Shown here: piece by piece, positions 34,494 through 43,000 of the stretch
Position numbering within the stretch: the stretch's first letter is position 1
Layout: every line of letters begins with the position of its first letter
IMG/VR virus record: IMGVR_UViG_3300037470_000196
Location: 1 to 47,559 of that record
Length of the DNA stretch: 47,559 nt
Strand: one strand, 5' to 3'
Origin: a virus
Taxonomy: Duplodnaviria; Caudoviricetes
Notes under the pieces: model-generated
Seen by the model: only the letters and a program-made list of their open reading frames with translations
What the model was told of the DNA's origin: nothing
The model's database searches: none
Position numbers and translations under genes: made by a program

Positions 34494-35003
34494 TTACTTC
34501 AGAATCTTTGAGTTGCGAACGGTGTCCACGCCGGACTGTACTGCGCGTTCTACGAAACCAGCTGCGGCTTGACTCGACCAGCCGTTATTAAGGGCGGCGA
34601 TATACGGCAGACCATTACTTATGATGATGCTGTGTCCGTCTGGACGGGTTGTATTACGAATGGTGTAGGTGCCTTCGGCGATCGTGTCCTCACCAGACTT
34701 GTCCAGGTTGCCGAATCGTCCTTCCGTGGGGGAACGCGACACGCGGATATGGGTTGTCCATCCTCCGCGAGCTTGGCCCGTGTCCACTGGCGTTGCATGG
34801 ACCACGCGCTCCAGTACCGCCACACCCACGTCTTCAATCATCTTGTCGATGTTCAGGCCAATGCGTAGCGCCTTACCGCGCAGTGAACGGGCGGTCGCTG
34901 GGCTTATTTTCTGCGTGGTATCGGCCAACTGCTGAAGGGCACGGGTTACAGCTTTCCCGCCTCGTTCGTTGATGACGATATCAATTTTCTTGGACGTGGC
35001 CAC
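34494..35003 (-). CDS. HK97 gp10-like tail completion protein
   Basis: TPVDTGQARGGW, ISNGLPYI..LNNGWSSQA..GFVE; likely GTG start at 35003. Confidence 0.85.
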   Translation of the reverse strand: MATSKKIDIVINERGGKAVTRALQQLADTTQKISPATARSLRGKALRIGLNIDKMIEDVGVAVLERVVHATPVDTGQARGGWTTHIRVSRSPTEGRFGNLDKSGEDTIAEGTYTIRNTTRPDGHSIIISNGLPYIAALNNGWSSQAAAGFVERAVQSGVDTVRNSKILK

Positions 35004-35008
35004 AGGAC

Positions 35009-35037
35009 AGACTAGCACATTGGCATGAATATTGCTA
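35009..35037 (-). promoter_or_regulatory. sigma70-like promoter TAGCAA-17-TAGTCT (extended TG), overlapped by plus-strand sigma54-like box TGGCATGAATATTGCT
   Basis: Motifs and spacing read directly. Confidence 0.6.
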
Positions 35038-35043
35038 GGGCTG

Positions 35044-35376
35044 TCAGTCGTCCTTATGTAAGTGCCTTAAATACGCATCATCCAGTGCCGCAACATGAAA
35101 GTGCATGGCTTCTACCTGATCCTCTGTCAGACAGTGCCTATCACAATATTCGCATATTGCTGTATACGGTATAGGACCTATGGAGAACCCCACAGGTCTA
35201 CATGTAGACAGACGATTGTACGCGCGCCAATACACTTCCAGGCCAGGCGCTACTTCTGGGGCATTCTGGATGGTATCCGGTAACGCAGTGCCCCAGCGTA
35301 GACACTCCTGTATTACGAACTGCTCGGCTTCACGGTCCAGCTCCAGCCCGTAGAGCAGGACCGCTATTAGTTTTTT
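35044..35376 (-). CDS. Tail assembly chaperone gpT part, reached by -1 frameshift at A AAA AAC (35370-35376)
   Basis: Slippery heptamer just before the gpG stop; -1 frame open: LIAVLLYGLE...APEV.PGL..YW.AY..LSTCR...GPIP. Confidence 0.88.
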   Translation of the reverse strand, partial: KKLIAVLLYGLELDREAEQFVIQECLRWGTALPDTIQNAPEVAPGLEVYWRAYNRLSTCRPVGFSIGPIPYTAICEYCDRHCLTEDQVEAMHFHVAALDDAYLRHLHKDD

Positions 35377-35822
35377 GAGTCTTCCTCGAGCCCCTCGATG
35401 CGATAGTTTTCCACATCAGTGGCTTCATTCACGAGATGCAGGAACAGCTCGGGCTGCTCGCCTAGGATACGGGAGATAGTGTCTGGCGTAGCAGGAACCA
35501 CAGGATCTGTTCCGTCTGCCTGATGATCTTGGATGCCCTCTACCCACTCGTCATTGATGTAAGAGAACCAACTACCAGGAACAACACAGGCCTGAGCGAA
35601 CACGTCTCTGGACGCCTTTGCTTGGACTTCAGGGCTCAGACTCTTAGCTCTACGGAACGGAGCCATGACGCGCTCACGCACCGATTCATATTCCTTGTTG
35701 CCGCCGCCAGGACGGGCCAACCGGCACTTGAATACAGGCTTACCGTTTCGCCCGATCCATTCAAATTCAAAGCCTCGACTCTCGAGACCTGCGTCAGTGG
35801 CGAACTCGTTGTAAATTGACAT
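35367..35822 (-). CDS. Tail assembly chaperone gpG
   Basis: Between tail tube and tape measure; ARPGGGNK.Y motif; ends DSKN. Confidence 0.88.
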   Translation of the reverse strand: MSIYNEFATDAGLESRGFEFEWIGRNGKPVFKCRLARPGGGNKEYESVRERVMAPFRRAKSLSPEVQAKASRDVFAQACVVPGSWFSYINDEWVEGIQDHQADGTDPVVPATPDTISRILGEQPELFLHLVNEATDVENYRIEGLEEDSKN

Positions 35823-35853
35823 GGGTTACCTTTTTGGTGGGTTAAGGTGTCCA

Positions 35854-35887
35854 CCGCAGCACGCCCAACCCACTAGGCGTGCTGCGG
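35854..35887. terminator. 12-bp GC-rich hairpin downstream of the tail tube gene (no U tract)
   Basis: ccgcagcacgcc / ggcgtgctgcgg. Confidence 0.5.
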
Positions 35888-35894
35888 CAACAAT

Positions 35895-35955
35895 TGGGGT
35901 TGTAACTGAGGCTCCAGGGAGTGCCGAGCTTCATGGCGCCGGCAGGCCTTTGCTG
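35895..35955 (-). repeat. P' variant followed by element B core
   Basis: GCCGGCGCCATGAAGCTCGGCAC (as at 9076) then CAGTTACAACCCCA (as at 9134-9147). Confidence 0.85.
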
Positions 35956-35962
35956 AAAGGTG

Positions 35963-37525
35963 CTACACCGGGTTGGGCGTAGCGGCCAACGTGGGAAGGT
36001 AATCGAAAAAAGTTATATAGGTTGTGTAGTCAAGCGCAGTGTCAATCGCCTCACCGCTCGCCGCATCAAACACCAGCGGGATTTTGATGGGCTGATCTTT
36101 CGACACGGTCACAGAAGCATCGCTCAAAGTGATCAGCGGCATGTCAACGGTCCATCCAGCATTCTGCTTAAAGACCATCATGTCGAGCGTACAGTCCAAG
36201 TTATCCCGTACGGCAGTCAACACGTCGATACTTGCAAAATATGCATCCAAGTTACCAGAGACCATGAAGTCACCGGAACTCATGTCAAATGCGCCCAGCA
36301 CTGTTAGGGCCTTCAGCGGCTGATCGCCGTTGTCAATGTTGATCGTGGCTGATTGAATAAATGCAACCAACGGCGTGGGAGCCTCGTCTCCTGCAATGAC
36401 ACGGGCCAGCTTGATTCGCTTCAAATCGGAAGTAGTATTCTGGGCATCACCAGATTCAATAGCGGGGCGAGTGCCGGCTTTCAGGCCCGTAACGCCGGTA
36501 CGGACTTCCTGGTCAGCCGCCGTGAACTTGGCGTCTATGGTAACCTTGTCCGCCTGATTCCAGTTGATTGTGCCCTGTGAGTACACAGCGCCCGTAAAGT
36601 ATTCGGACTGAATTTCCGTGGGCTCAGCGTCGTCTGGGGCGTTCAACTGGCGTTCCAGTTGATACGATGGACGAACAATCTCTGAACCTAGTTCGTTCTT
36701 GAGCCCGCGGCCGAAGAACAACTGAATCGTAGACCCAGCCTGCACTTCAGTGATCATGGCTCCCTTAGAGCACTTGTCTAGGGTCAAGACATTAGCGTCG
36801 ATCGCCCGAATACGAGCCATACAGTTGTTCACTGCATTGGTCGGGAAAAAACTAAGAGCGGCGTCCCCACCAATCCAGATGGACATGCCAGGAGTCAACG
36901 CAGCATCCGTTTCAAAGTCGAGCGTAGTAGAAGTTAGAGTCGGGAATGCGCCAGATGCATCAACGTCGATATCACCGGCTTCCGTCTGTATGCCAACCTT
37001 GACCAGGACAGCGTTTGCCGGCAGCGTTTCAGCGACCAGCGTTTCAGCAACCGTTACGCCAGTGGCCAGCGCCGCTGTCACGGTTAGTAGTCGATTAGAG
37101 TTACCTGCAATCTTGGTCCCGTTCCGAAGTTGAACCAGGTCATTAACGGCAAATACATCTAGGCCAGCGGCGGCTAGAATCGCGTTTGCTCCATCGACGG
37201 TAGTTAGTTGTCCTGCCCCGCCAACTTCCGTTTGTGGCCGCAGACGAGCGCGGAATAGGCCCTGCAACAGAGTTTGGCTGTTGTGTTGAGTGATGTCAGT
37301 TTGAAAACCGAATGAGCAGTCAAGGTCAGTAAGTACACCCTTGTCTCGCTGTCGATCGAACTTGATCGGACTGCGCACAACCTTGACGAACTTGGCACTC
37401 GCGTCCGAGAACGAGTTGGGCTCGACCAGTTCCCATACAGCAGCCCCGTCGGCTACCTTGAAGGACGTTTCCTCCGACCACCGGGATTCTGTGCGGTTAC
37501 TGTCTTGTTGCCGTACCAGTGCCAT
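35963..37525 (-). CDS. Major tail tube protein
   Basis: 520 aa; EPNSFSD, RSPI..DRQR.KG..TDLD, V.GNLDAYF; position in tail module. Confidence 0.88.
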   Translation of the reverse strand: MALVRQQDSNRTESRWSEETSFKVADGAAVWELVEPNSFSDASAKFVKVVRSPIKFDRQRDKGVLTDLDCSFGFQTDITQHNSQTLLQGLFRARLRPQTEVGGAGQLTTVDGANAILAAAGLDVFAVNDLVQLRNGTKIAGNSNRLLTVTAALATGVTVAETLVAETLPANAVLVKVGIQTEAGDIDVDASGAFPTLTSTTLDFETDAALTPGMSIWIGGDAALSFFPTNAVNNCMARIRAIDANVLTLDKCSKGAMITEVQAGSTIQLFFGRGLKNELGSEIVRPSYQLERQLNAPDDAEPTEIQSEYFTGAVYSQGTINWNQADKVTIDAKFTAADQEVRTGVTGLKAGTRPAIESGDAQNTTSDLKRIKLARVIAGDEAPTPLVAFIQSATINIDNGDQPLKALTVLGAFDMSSGDFMVSGNLDAYFASIDVLTAVRDNLDCTLDMMVFKQNAGWTVDMPLITLSDASVTVSKDQPIKIPLVFDAASGEAIDTALDYTTYITFFDYLPTLAATPNPV

Positions 37526-37544
37526 ATTTGAAGGCTTCTTTCAG

Positions 37545-37575
37545 GTACGATTTGCCCCTCGTACAGGGAGTGTGA
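37545..37575 (-). promoter_or_regulatory. Element C, copy 3, 19 nt upstream of the tail tube ATG
   Basis: 30/31 identical to 858-888. Confidence 0.85.
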
Positions 37576-37665
37576 TTTACGGACGTGCGTTAAAGTGTTT
37601 ACGCTGTACCCTCCAATCACTGGTCCAGGTTCAGGTCTGCATCACCCACGGCGAGAGACCTAATG

Positions 37666-37694
37666 AGTGTGGCACAATATTTGCATAACGTCAA
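37666..37694 (-). promoter_or_regulatory. sigma70-like promoter TTGACG-17-CACACT overlapped by plus-strand TGGCACAATATTTGCA
   Basis: Motifs and spacing read directly. Confidence 0.6.
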
Positions 37695-37727
37695 GTGCCG
37701 TCAGACTGTGCGCGCCTCGTCGTAGAT

Positions 37728-37762
37728 GTCGCAAGCTTCAAGGCGTTGCGCAGCCATATTAA
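37728..37762 (-). repeat. Element P overlapping the stop codon of the tail terminator gene
   Basis: TTAATATGGCTGCGCAACGCCTTGAAGCTTGCGAC, 34/35 identical to 25796. Confidence 0.92.
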
Positions 37763-38184
37763 TCATCGTAGATAAATTCCAGGGTGACGTTGACATGGTA
37801 AAAATTACCGTCATCCCCTATCTCAACCGTTCTAACCTTACGAAACCACACACCATTTGGCGTGGACACACCTTCGTAAGCCTGTTCTACTTGGCGCGCT
37901 AATGTATACGCCTGAGTACACGCACCACCCTTGAGAGTGTATATCTCAATGATAACAACGCCTTGTGCCTCATATCGTGTGCCGGCTTCGCCAGCCAAAG
38001 AGCGCTGGTCCCGGATATTGTGGCGAATGTTGATGCGAGCCCAGGGGTTGGTGCCTGTCTTGATTGCGGTTTCCATGGCCGCAGACAGGGGCACATCGGG
38101 GTAGACAGCAGGGAAGCCGGTGGTAGCCCATGCAGTCGTAAAGCGCTGCATGATGTCATCTCGTGCCTCTAGGATAGTGGTCAA
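37759..38184 (-). CDS. Tail terminator
   Basis: 141 aa; PWARINIRH...G...IEIY...EIG.DG.FY.VNV...F.YD; immediately upstream of the tube gene. Confidence 0.8.
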   Translation of the reverse strand: MTTILEARDDIMQRFTTAWATTGFPAVYPDVPLSAAMETAIKTGTNPWARINIRHNIRDQRSLAGEAGTRYEAQGVVIIEIYTLKGGACTQAYTLARQVEQAYEGVSTPNGVWFRKVRTVEIGDDGNFYHVNVTLEFIYDD

Positions 38185-38252
38185 AATCGCTCCGTTGTCA
38201 TGTCCGCACTAGGGGTCTTTACTAAATGACAGTCGCTTGTGCTCATCAGCCA

Positions 38253-38645
38253 CTATCTAGCCGTCCCTACGAACCACAAAAGATCCGTCGTGGCAGGCCT
38301 CAGCCGAGATACCCCAGTGATGGCGTTCCGCGCTCCGTCGGCCTCGATGATCTCATCCATCTGGCTGATATCAGTAGCCGCGTATACAAGCGCAATCTGT
38401 GTGGCGCGTTTCAGAAAATCAGATGTCACGTAGGACTCGCCGAGACGCTCCAGCACCGAGGGCTCTACGAAGACACCAAACGTCGAGAGTGTAGCAGCGA
38501 CTGCCGTGCGAGGGGCATCCGCGCCCAGCCAGGGTTGGGCTCCCACTTCTGGTACGTCACCCAGTTCAATGAGTGTGATGGGGCGACCAAACTCTTCGAT
38601 CAATTCGGCAGAAAGATCAGCAAACTCTGTGTAATCGAACGCCAT
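38253..38645 (-). CDS. Head-tail joining (stopper-like) protein
   Basis: FDY......A.ELIEEFGR.ITL pattern; position. Confidence 0.75.
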   Translation of the reverse strand: MAFDYTEFADLSAELIEEFGRPITLIELGDVPEVGAQPWLGADAPRTAVAATLSTFGVFVEPSVLERLGESYVTSDFLKRATQIALVYAATDISQMDEIIEADGARNAITGVSRLRPATTDLLWFVGTAR

Positions 38646-38650
38646 CCTGA

Positions 38651-39166
38651 CTAGTTCCTGACCGCCCCCTGTGCTCCTATCAGCAGGTCACACAGCAGTT
38701 TATCCACGCCCGGAAACACCTTCAGGTTGTATTCGCTTCCTGCCAAATACTTCTGTTCCCGTTCAATGGGACCCACCTTGACTTTGAGCCCAGAAGCTAC
38801 CTTACCGCTGGCATCGTAGACAGGGTCAGGCATAAGGCTGAACGGAGATTGCAATTCACGACGGCCGTATTCTATGGTCGCCTGAATTAGCAACAGCGGC
38901 AGACCTTCCAGCAACTCACCGTACAGGTACGCATAGGATCTGGGCCAGGATAGAGGTTGGTCCTGGCCCAGTAGACGGTATCCAATGAACAGCCGCCCGA
39001 ACCGTGTTTCCACGTATTGCGTTGCCCGGACCAACGCCTGCTCAATCAGCGCGTCCGCGAAACTAGAGTAATCGAAACCACGGTCATCCCAATAGGCCTT
39101 AAAATCAGCTACGTCCACGTAGCTGTTAGCTCCTTCCACCTCCCCTGTGCCATCTTCGACAATCAT
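38651..39166 (-). CDS. Head-tail adaptor (DnaT-like)
   Basis: IVEDGTG...ANSYV.VAD..AY...RG; ALVRATQY; QPLSWPR; KVGPIE. Confidence 0.88.
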   Translation of the reverse strand: MIVEDGTGEVEGANSYVDVADFKAYWDDRGFDYSSFADALIEQALVRATQYVETRFGRLFIGYRLLGQDQPLSWPRSYAYLYGELLEGLPLLLIQATIEYGRRELQSPFSLMPDPVYDASGKVASGLKVKVGPIEREQKYLAGSEYNLKVFPGVDKLLCDLLIGAQGAVRN

Positions 39167-39205
39167 TTCAGTAGATTACCTCATTCTTTCGACGGTGGTT
39201 GCGAT

Positions 39206-39442
39206 TTAGAGCCTATCGGCGCCTTGCCCTAGGGCACTCTGACCGGGAGGTCCGCCCAATGGATGATCATTGGGATCGGGTTTACGTACGGCGATAACGT
39301 CCGTACCGTTGACAACAAAAGTCCATTGTTCCCCCAAAACAATATCCTCAGGGGGTACGCCCAGCGCTGCCAGCACGACGGGCAATTGCGCTTCGTACTC
39401 CACCCTCGGAAAGCTCCGGTTACGTGTGCGCACCATAGCCAT
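39206..39442 (-). CDS. 78-aa hypothetical protein (MAMVRTRNRSF...), probably leaderless
   Basis: ATG 7 nt after the -10 hexamer TACGCT; 3' part of the track ORF 39206-39931. Confidence 0.55.
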   Translation of the reverse strand: MAMVRTRNRSFPRVEYEAQLPVVLAALGVPPEDIVLGEQWTFVVNGTDVIAVRKPDPNDHPLGGPPGQSALGQGADRL

Positions 39443-39449
39443 GATACAC

Positions 39450-39478
39450 AGCGTACCACGTTGGCATGATCTTTGCAA
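39450..39478 (-). promoter_or_regulatory. sigma70-like promoter TTGCAA-17-TACGCT overlapped by plus-strand TGGCATGATCTTTGCA
   Basis: Motifs and spacing read directly. Confidence 0.6.
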
Positions 39479-39548
39479 CAGGTGCGATTTCTTGCAATAT
39501 CTGTGTATACAGGCTTGACGTTTGGTCGCGGTGAGACAGAGTAGATGA

Positions 39549-40097
39549 ATGGTAACTCGCTCACTTCTACTACTGGCCCTGCTGCTGCCGCTGGTCTGCC
39601 ACTGCGGCGGCGCACTGGATGGGCAGGAGGGGGCGCCCGCGGCCCTGGACCAGTCGACTGTGCCCGAGGATCCGGAGAGCGCCACCGAGCCCACGCCACT
39701 GCCAGAAATCGTCCTGTCGCCGTCGGCTGAGATGCTGGACGCCACCGAGGACTGGGCCAAACGCTGGAGCGCTGCCACGGGTCGAGACATTCGCGTAGGC
39801 GAAGGCGGATCGGTCATCGTTGCCGAAGACGTGGTCACGAGCGAAGACGGCACCCGTCGCCTGTGCGGCGGGATCCGCCTTTCCACCGGCATCCGCGTAG
39901 CGCGCATCCAGGCAGCGACATGCCCGGGCATGTACGAGACGCTGGGCCACGAGCTCGGGCACCTGCTCGGCGCCGATGCTCACTCGGACGAGGGCGACGT
40001 GATGGCCGTCTCGAGCGACCCGCAGCCGATCACAGCCAAGGGTCTGGCTCTGGTGTGCCCAAATCTTGGGTGCCCGATCAAGACACCCGAGCGCTAG
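39549..40097 (+). CDS. Lipoprotein zinc metallopeptidase (matrixin-like), antisense moron
   Basis: Signal peptide ending ..HCGG; GHELGHLLGADAH....DVM. Confidence 0.82.
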   Translation: MVTRSLLLLALLLPLVCHCGGALDGQEGAPAALDQSTVPEDPESATEPTPLPEIVLSPSAEMLDATEDWAKRWSAATGRDIRVGEGGSVIVAEDVVTSEDGTRRLCGGIRLSTGIRVARIQAATCPGMYETLGHELGHLLGADAHSDEGDVMAVSSDPQPITAKGLALVCPNLGCPIKTPER

Positions 40098-43000
40098 ACG
40101 CTCAAGAAAATGCACCCGGCGTAGTCGGGGTTCGTCGCAGTGCTCGCTCCGACATTGACAGAGCCGCTGCCGGTGACAATGCGATCGCCTTGCCACTCGT
40201 TGCTGGCGGCGTCGTAGCGTTCATTTGTGCCGGCAAGTGGCGCGTGTCCCGCGCTCTCCGCCGACATGCCAAACACGACAACCGCGGCATCGCTGGGGCT
40301 GAATGATGCGCTGGCGGCCTGCCCCTCCTGTGCGCTCGCCGCTTGGAACGAGTCAACGCCGGTGTAATGGGTCGCGTTCATGAAAGCGACGCTGCCACCA
40401 GTGACAGCCAACGTGGCAGCGCCAACGGGTGGGTCCAGCATGTAGAATATTTGTACCCAGTCGTTGGTTGTTATGGCAGCCGTCATAGCAACACCGCCAT
40501 ACGTAGCTGTTCTGTCAGCAGTGGCCGCGCTGCTGAATACCACGGCAACCAGTAGGCGATTGTCACCTGCCGGGACGGTAGCCGTGAACGAGTCGTCCCC
40601 CGTCTCCACGCTGACGAAGGCCACTGGATCGGTCGGAAGCTCTTCGCTGAAGATGTCAACTAGCCGTGCGTCACGTCGGCGAATGGCCGTAAAGCGGGAT
40701 AGGCGCAGATAACGCGAAGACGCGCCCATCTGCTCGACTCGCATGCCTAGGTTGAGTGGCGCACTGGGTATGTTCGTGGTGTGGCTGGCCACCAAATTAC
40801 CGTTAACGAAAAAGTCCACGTCAAAGGTGTCTAGGTTATGTCTAATGGCAAGTCTGCTGACGCCCGCCGTACCCATTGTCAGCGTTGTTGTGGTTGTCGT
40901 TGACACTGACGAAGAACGTGTGGTGCATCGCCACTTGTCGGATGTTGCTGATTCGTAGTGAAAAAAGATCCCCTGCGTGCTGAATGTCAGCGCCGTCTGC
41001 ATCGAGAATCCCAAACCCACCATAAAGTTGATATTGGTGCCAATTTGCGGCCTAATATGCCACTCAACCCACTGAAACTGGCTGATGGCCATGACACTGC
41101 GTGCCGACGTATCGCCTAGCGACAAATAGCAGGCATCATTGGTGTTGCCTCCGGTCGTTATAACGATCACTCCATCTAAGTTGTTGTTGTTCTCTCGTGC
41201 GCAGGTACCGGACCCGGTCACATTCGCAAAGTGCCAACCAAGCGCCCCTATGCTACCCGATACAGCTGTTCCGCCCATGAAGTTGTCTAGGATATCCGGG
41301 CGAATCAGCCCCCATGCTGGAGGCGCTCCGGGCCCTCCTGACACAATGGTTTCTGAACGCTCTCCCGCGTCACCTTCGACCTCCCACTCACCGTCCACCG
41401 TTATGGCAAGACGGTCAACGCTGTCGGTCGAGAGAATCGCAGAACCTGCCAGCGCGCGTACAACCGCGTCCTCCGTCTCGGCAGTAAGCACCGCAAACGT
41501 GCCACCGATGCCCTGAAACACGCTCGTGCTATCGATAGTCATCGCCCCAATGACGTTGATCTCGAATGGTGCGCTGGAGCGAAGTTCACCGGCCGCAGGT
41601 AAGGCACCGGAGTTGCCGAAGCTGAGAATCTGCCCGGTTTCAATATGGGGATTGTTGGCGCCAGAACTGGGATCCGCAGCAAGTACGTCGGCCCAGTCAG
41701 CTGCTGCGGACGCTACCCATGCGGGCCCAACCCCGGGACCTTGAGAAGTGAGGACTTCGCCGATAGCACCGCCGTCACCTTCGACTTCCCACTCTCCGTC
41801 ATTATTTATAGTCAGACGATCAACGCTATTGGTCGACAGGGTAACAGAGGCAACGCCTGATCTAAGCGCTGCATATCCTGTAGCTTGTATCTCTATCTCT
41901 GATCCAAAGGAAAAGAAGCCACTTGTTCCAACAAAGAATTGAAGGGATCCGGATGTCGAGGTTCTGAACGGGTCGACACTAGAACGTATTTGTCCTGTCA
42001 GGGTTCCATCAACCGCCCCGAATCGGATATGCTGTCCGCTCTCAATGACAGGATTGTTGGCGCCGGAGCTTGGATCCGCAGCAAGTACGTCGGCCCAGTC
42101 GTCCCCTGCGGACGCTACCCACGCGGGCGGAACCCCTGGACCTTGGGAAGTAAGGACTTCACCGGCAGCCCCGCCGTCACCTTCGACTTCCCACTCGCCA
42201 TCGTCCGTAATTGTTAGTCGATTCACTGCGCCGCCGGACATTAGGACGACATCAGTATCAGACTCAAGAACGATCTGCCCCCCAGCGTTGAGGTTAATTC
42301 CTCCTCCAGCATTGAGGTTGATGATATCGCCAACACTGTTGATGTCTATGATACCCGCGGAGTTTATGGCGATATCGTTGGTTAGTGTTGGACTGCCCAT
42401 CAGCAGCGATCCGCTGGGCGTCAACGTGATGCTAAGACCTGCTATGACATCTACGTTATCATCTGCCGTGATACCTATGAACCCGTTAGTGGCGGTTAGG
42501 GTTACATCATCCAGGGCCTCAATGTCTATGTTACCGTTGGTGCATTGATACAGATGTGAATCCGGACCAATGATGTTGACGTTCTCACCTGCGTTGACAT
42601 TAAAACTTCTGTCGACATTGATGTGGAATATCTCGTTAGATCGAATCTGTCCTGTAACTTCAGTGGGTGCGGCGACACCCCACTGCATGTACTGGGCGTC
42701 TTCAATGACCGGATTATTTGCCCCTGACAGAACGCTAACCGCCAACGTAACCGACCACGCTGGCGTAGCCCCACCCGAAGCGGGAGCCCATGTGCCGTCT
42801 GCCCGGAGGAAGTTAGTGGTGCCACCGCCGGATAATGGAGCAAGGCCTTTTAACGTCGGCGTGAAGACATTCAGGACTGTTGTGGCCTGAGTAGGAGTTA
42901 GGACTTCTACTTCTCCCGCACCTGCCGTGACACGCCCCAGGAGGCTGGGGGAGGCTATGTCCTCAAGAGCGTTGATGGGGATGTCATCAGTGCTGAGTTG

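Noticed and set aside
39206-39931. 241-aa minus-strand ORF and other ORFs overlapping 39549-40097
   Set aside because: Shadow frames of the GC-rich plus-strand lipoprotein; only the last 78 codons look like a real gene.
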